DNA of 64,000 nucleotides from Novakomyces olei (Eukaryota): contig JADEYG010000012.1 of assembly GCA_016906335.1 (NCBI GenBank), forward strand, positions 1,054,001-1,118,000, read 5' to 3'. The notes beneath the pieces were generated by a model. That model ran no database searches. It saw nothing but the letters and a program-made list of their open reading frames with translations, and had not been told where the DNA came from. Positions 63,645-64,000 of the stretch are shown one piece after another. Made by a program: the position numbers and the translations under genes. Position 1 is the stretch's first letter; each line of letters starts with the position of its first letter.

Positions 63645-64000
63645 ATGGCTCAGACAAACTGGTAGATTACCATAATTCTACAGTCATGTGCTTACAAAAC
63701 CCAGTTTATTCTTTTACGGCACATTGATGCACCCCGGGATTCTTGGTCGCGTAGTGCAGCACAACGGAAATGTTACAGTCCGCAGTGCAATCTTACAAGA
63801 TCACGTGCGACACCGAATACGAGGAGCAGACTATCCCGGCGTAGTGCCTCAATCAGACGGTAGAGTAAAAGGCACTTTGGCCTGTGGACTGGACGATTTT
63901 CAAATACAGCGATTAGACGCGTTTGAGGGCGACGAATACGAGCGGAGGGCCGTGAGTGTCGAATTGGAGGACGGCAAGACAGCAGAGTGTCAAGTGTATA
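63645..64000 (+). CDS. AIG2-like / gamma-glutamylcyclotransferase family protein, running off the window; intron 63662-63704
   Basis: Spliced MAQTNCLFFYGTLMHPGILGRV...RHRIRGADYPGV...VKGTL...RLDAFEGDEYERR. Confidence 0.9.

Overview
Gene-dense window from an intron-containing ascomycete fungus. Cnb1, Xrn2/Dhp1, Hog1/Sty1 and Gyp51 look fission-yeast-like by my recall, and Atg101, UreF and a respiratory complex I subunit are present. This suggests a Taphrinomycotina species outside Schizosaccharomyces (inference). I reconstructed about 25 protein genes by hand from GT-AG introns: HOG1, AVL9, SDT1, a LIM-RhoGAP, XRN2, a KH protein, a 963-aa orphan, QNS1, a GCP6-like protein, EAF7, HAL4, a small membrane ORF, an Aven-motif ORF, EPL1, CNB1, UreF, SIS1, ATG101, YOP1, RFX/Sak1, PEX3, NDUFB2, a TBC/Gyp51 gene and a partial AIG2/GGCT. 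I found no transposon, CRISPR array, tRNA or rRNA. The best leads are: (1) a structured non-coding block between EPL1 and CNB1 with telomerase-RNA-like elements in the expected order, which could instead be a telobox/PAC/RRPE promoter; (2) an intact, spliced Gyp51-like gene that lacks the N-terminal half of its TBC domain; (3) AT-rich tandem arrays of differing units upstream of most genes; (4) TTAGGG boxes in promoters; (5) a 66-aa complex I gene missed by the ORF track. All family assignments come from motif recognition, not database searches.
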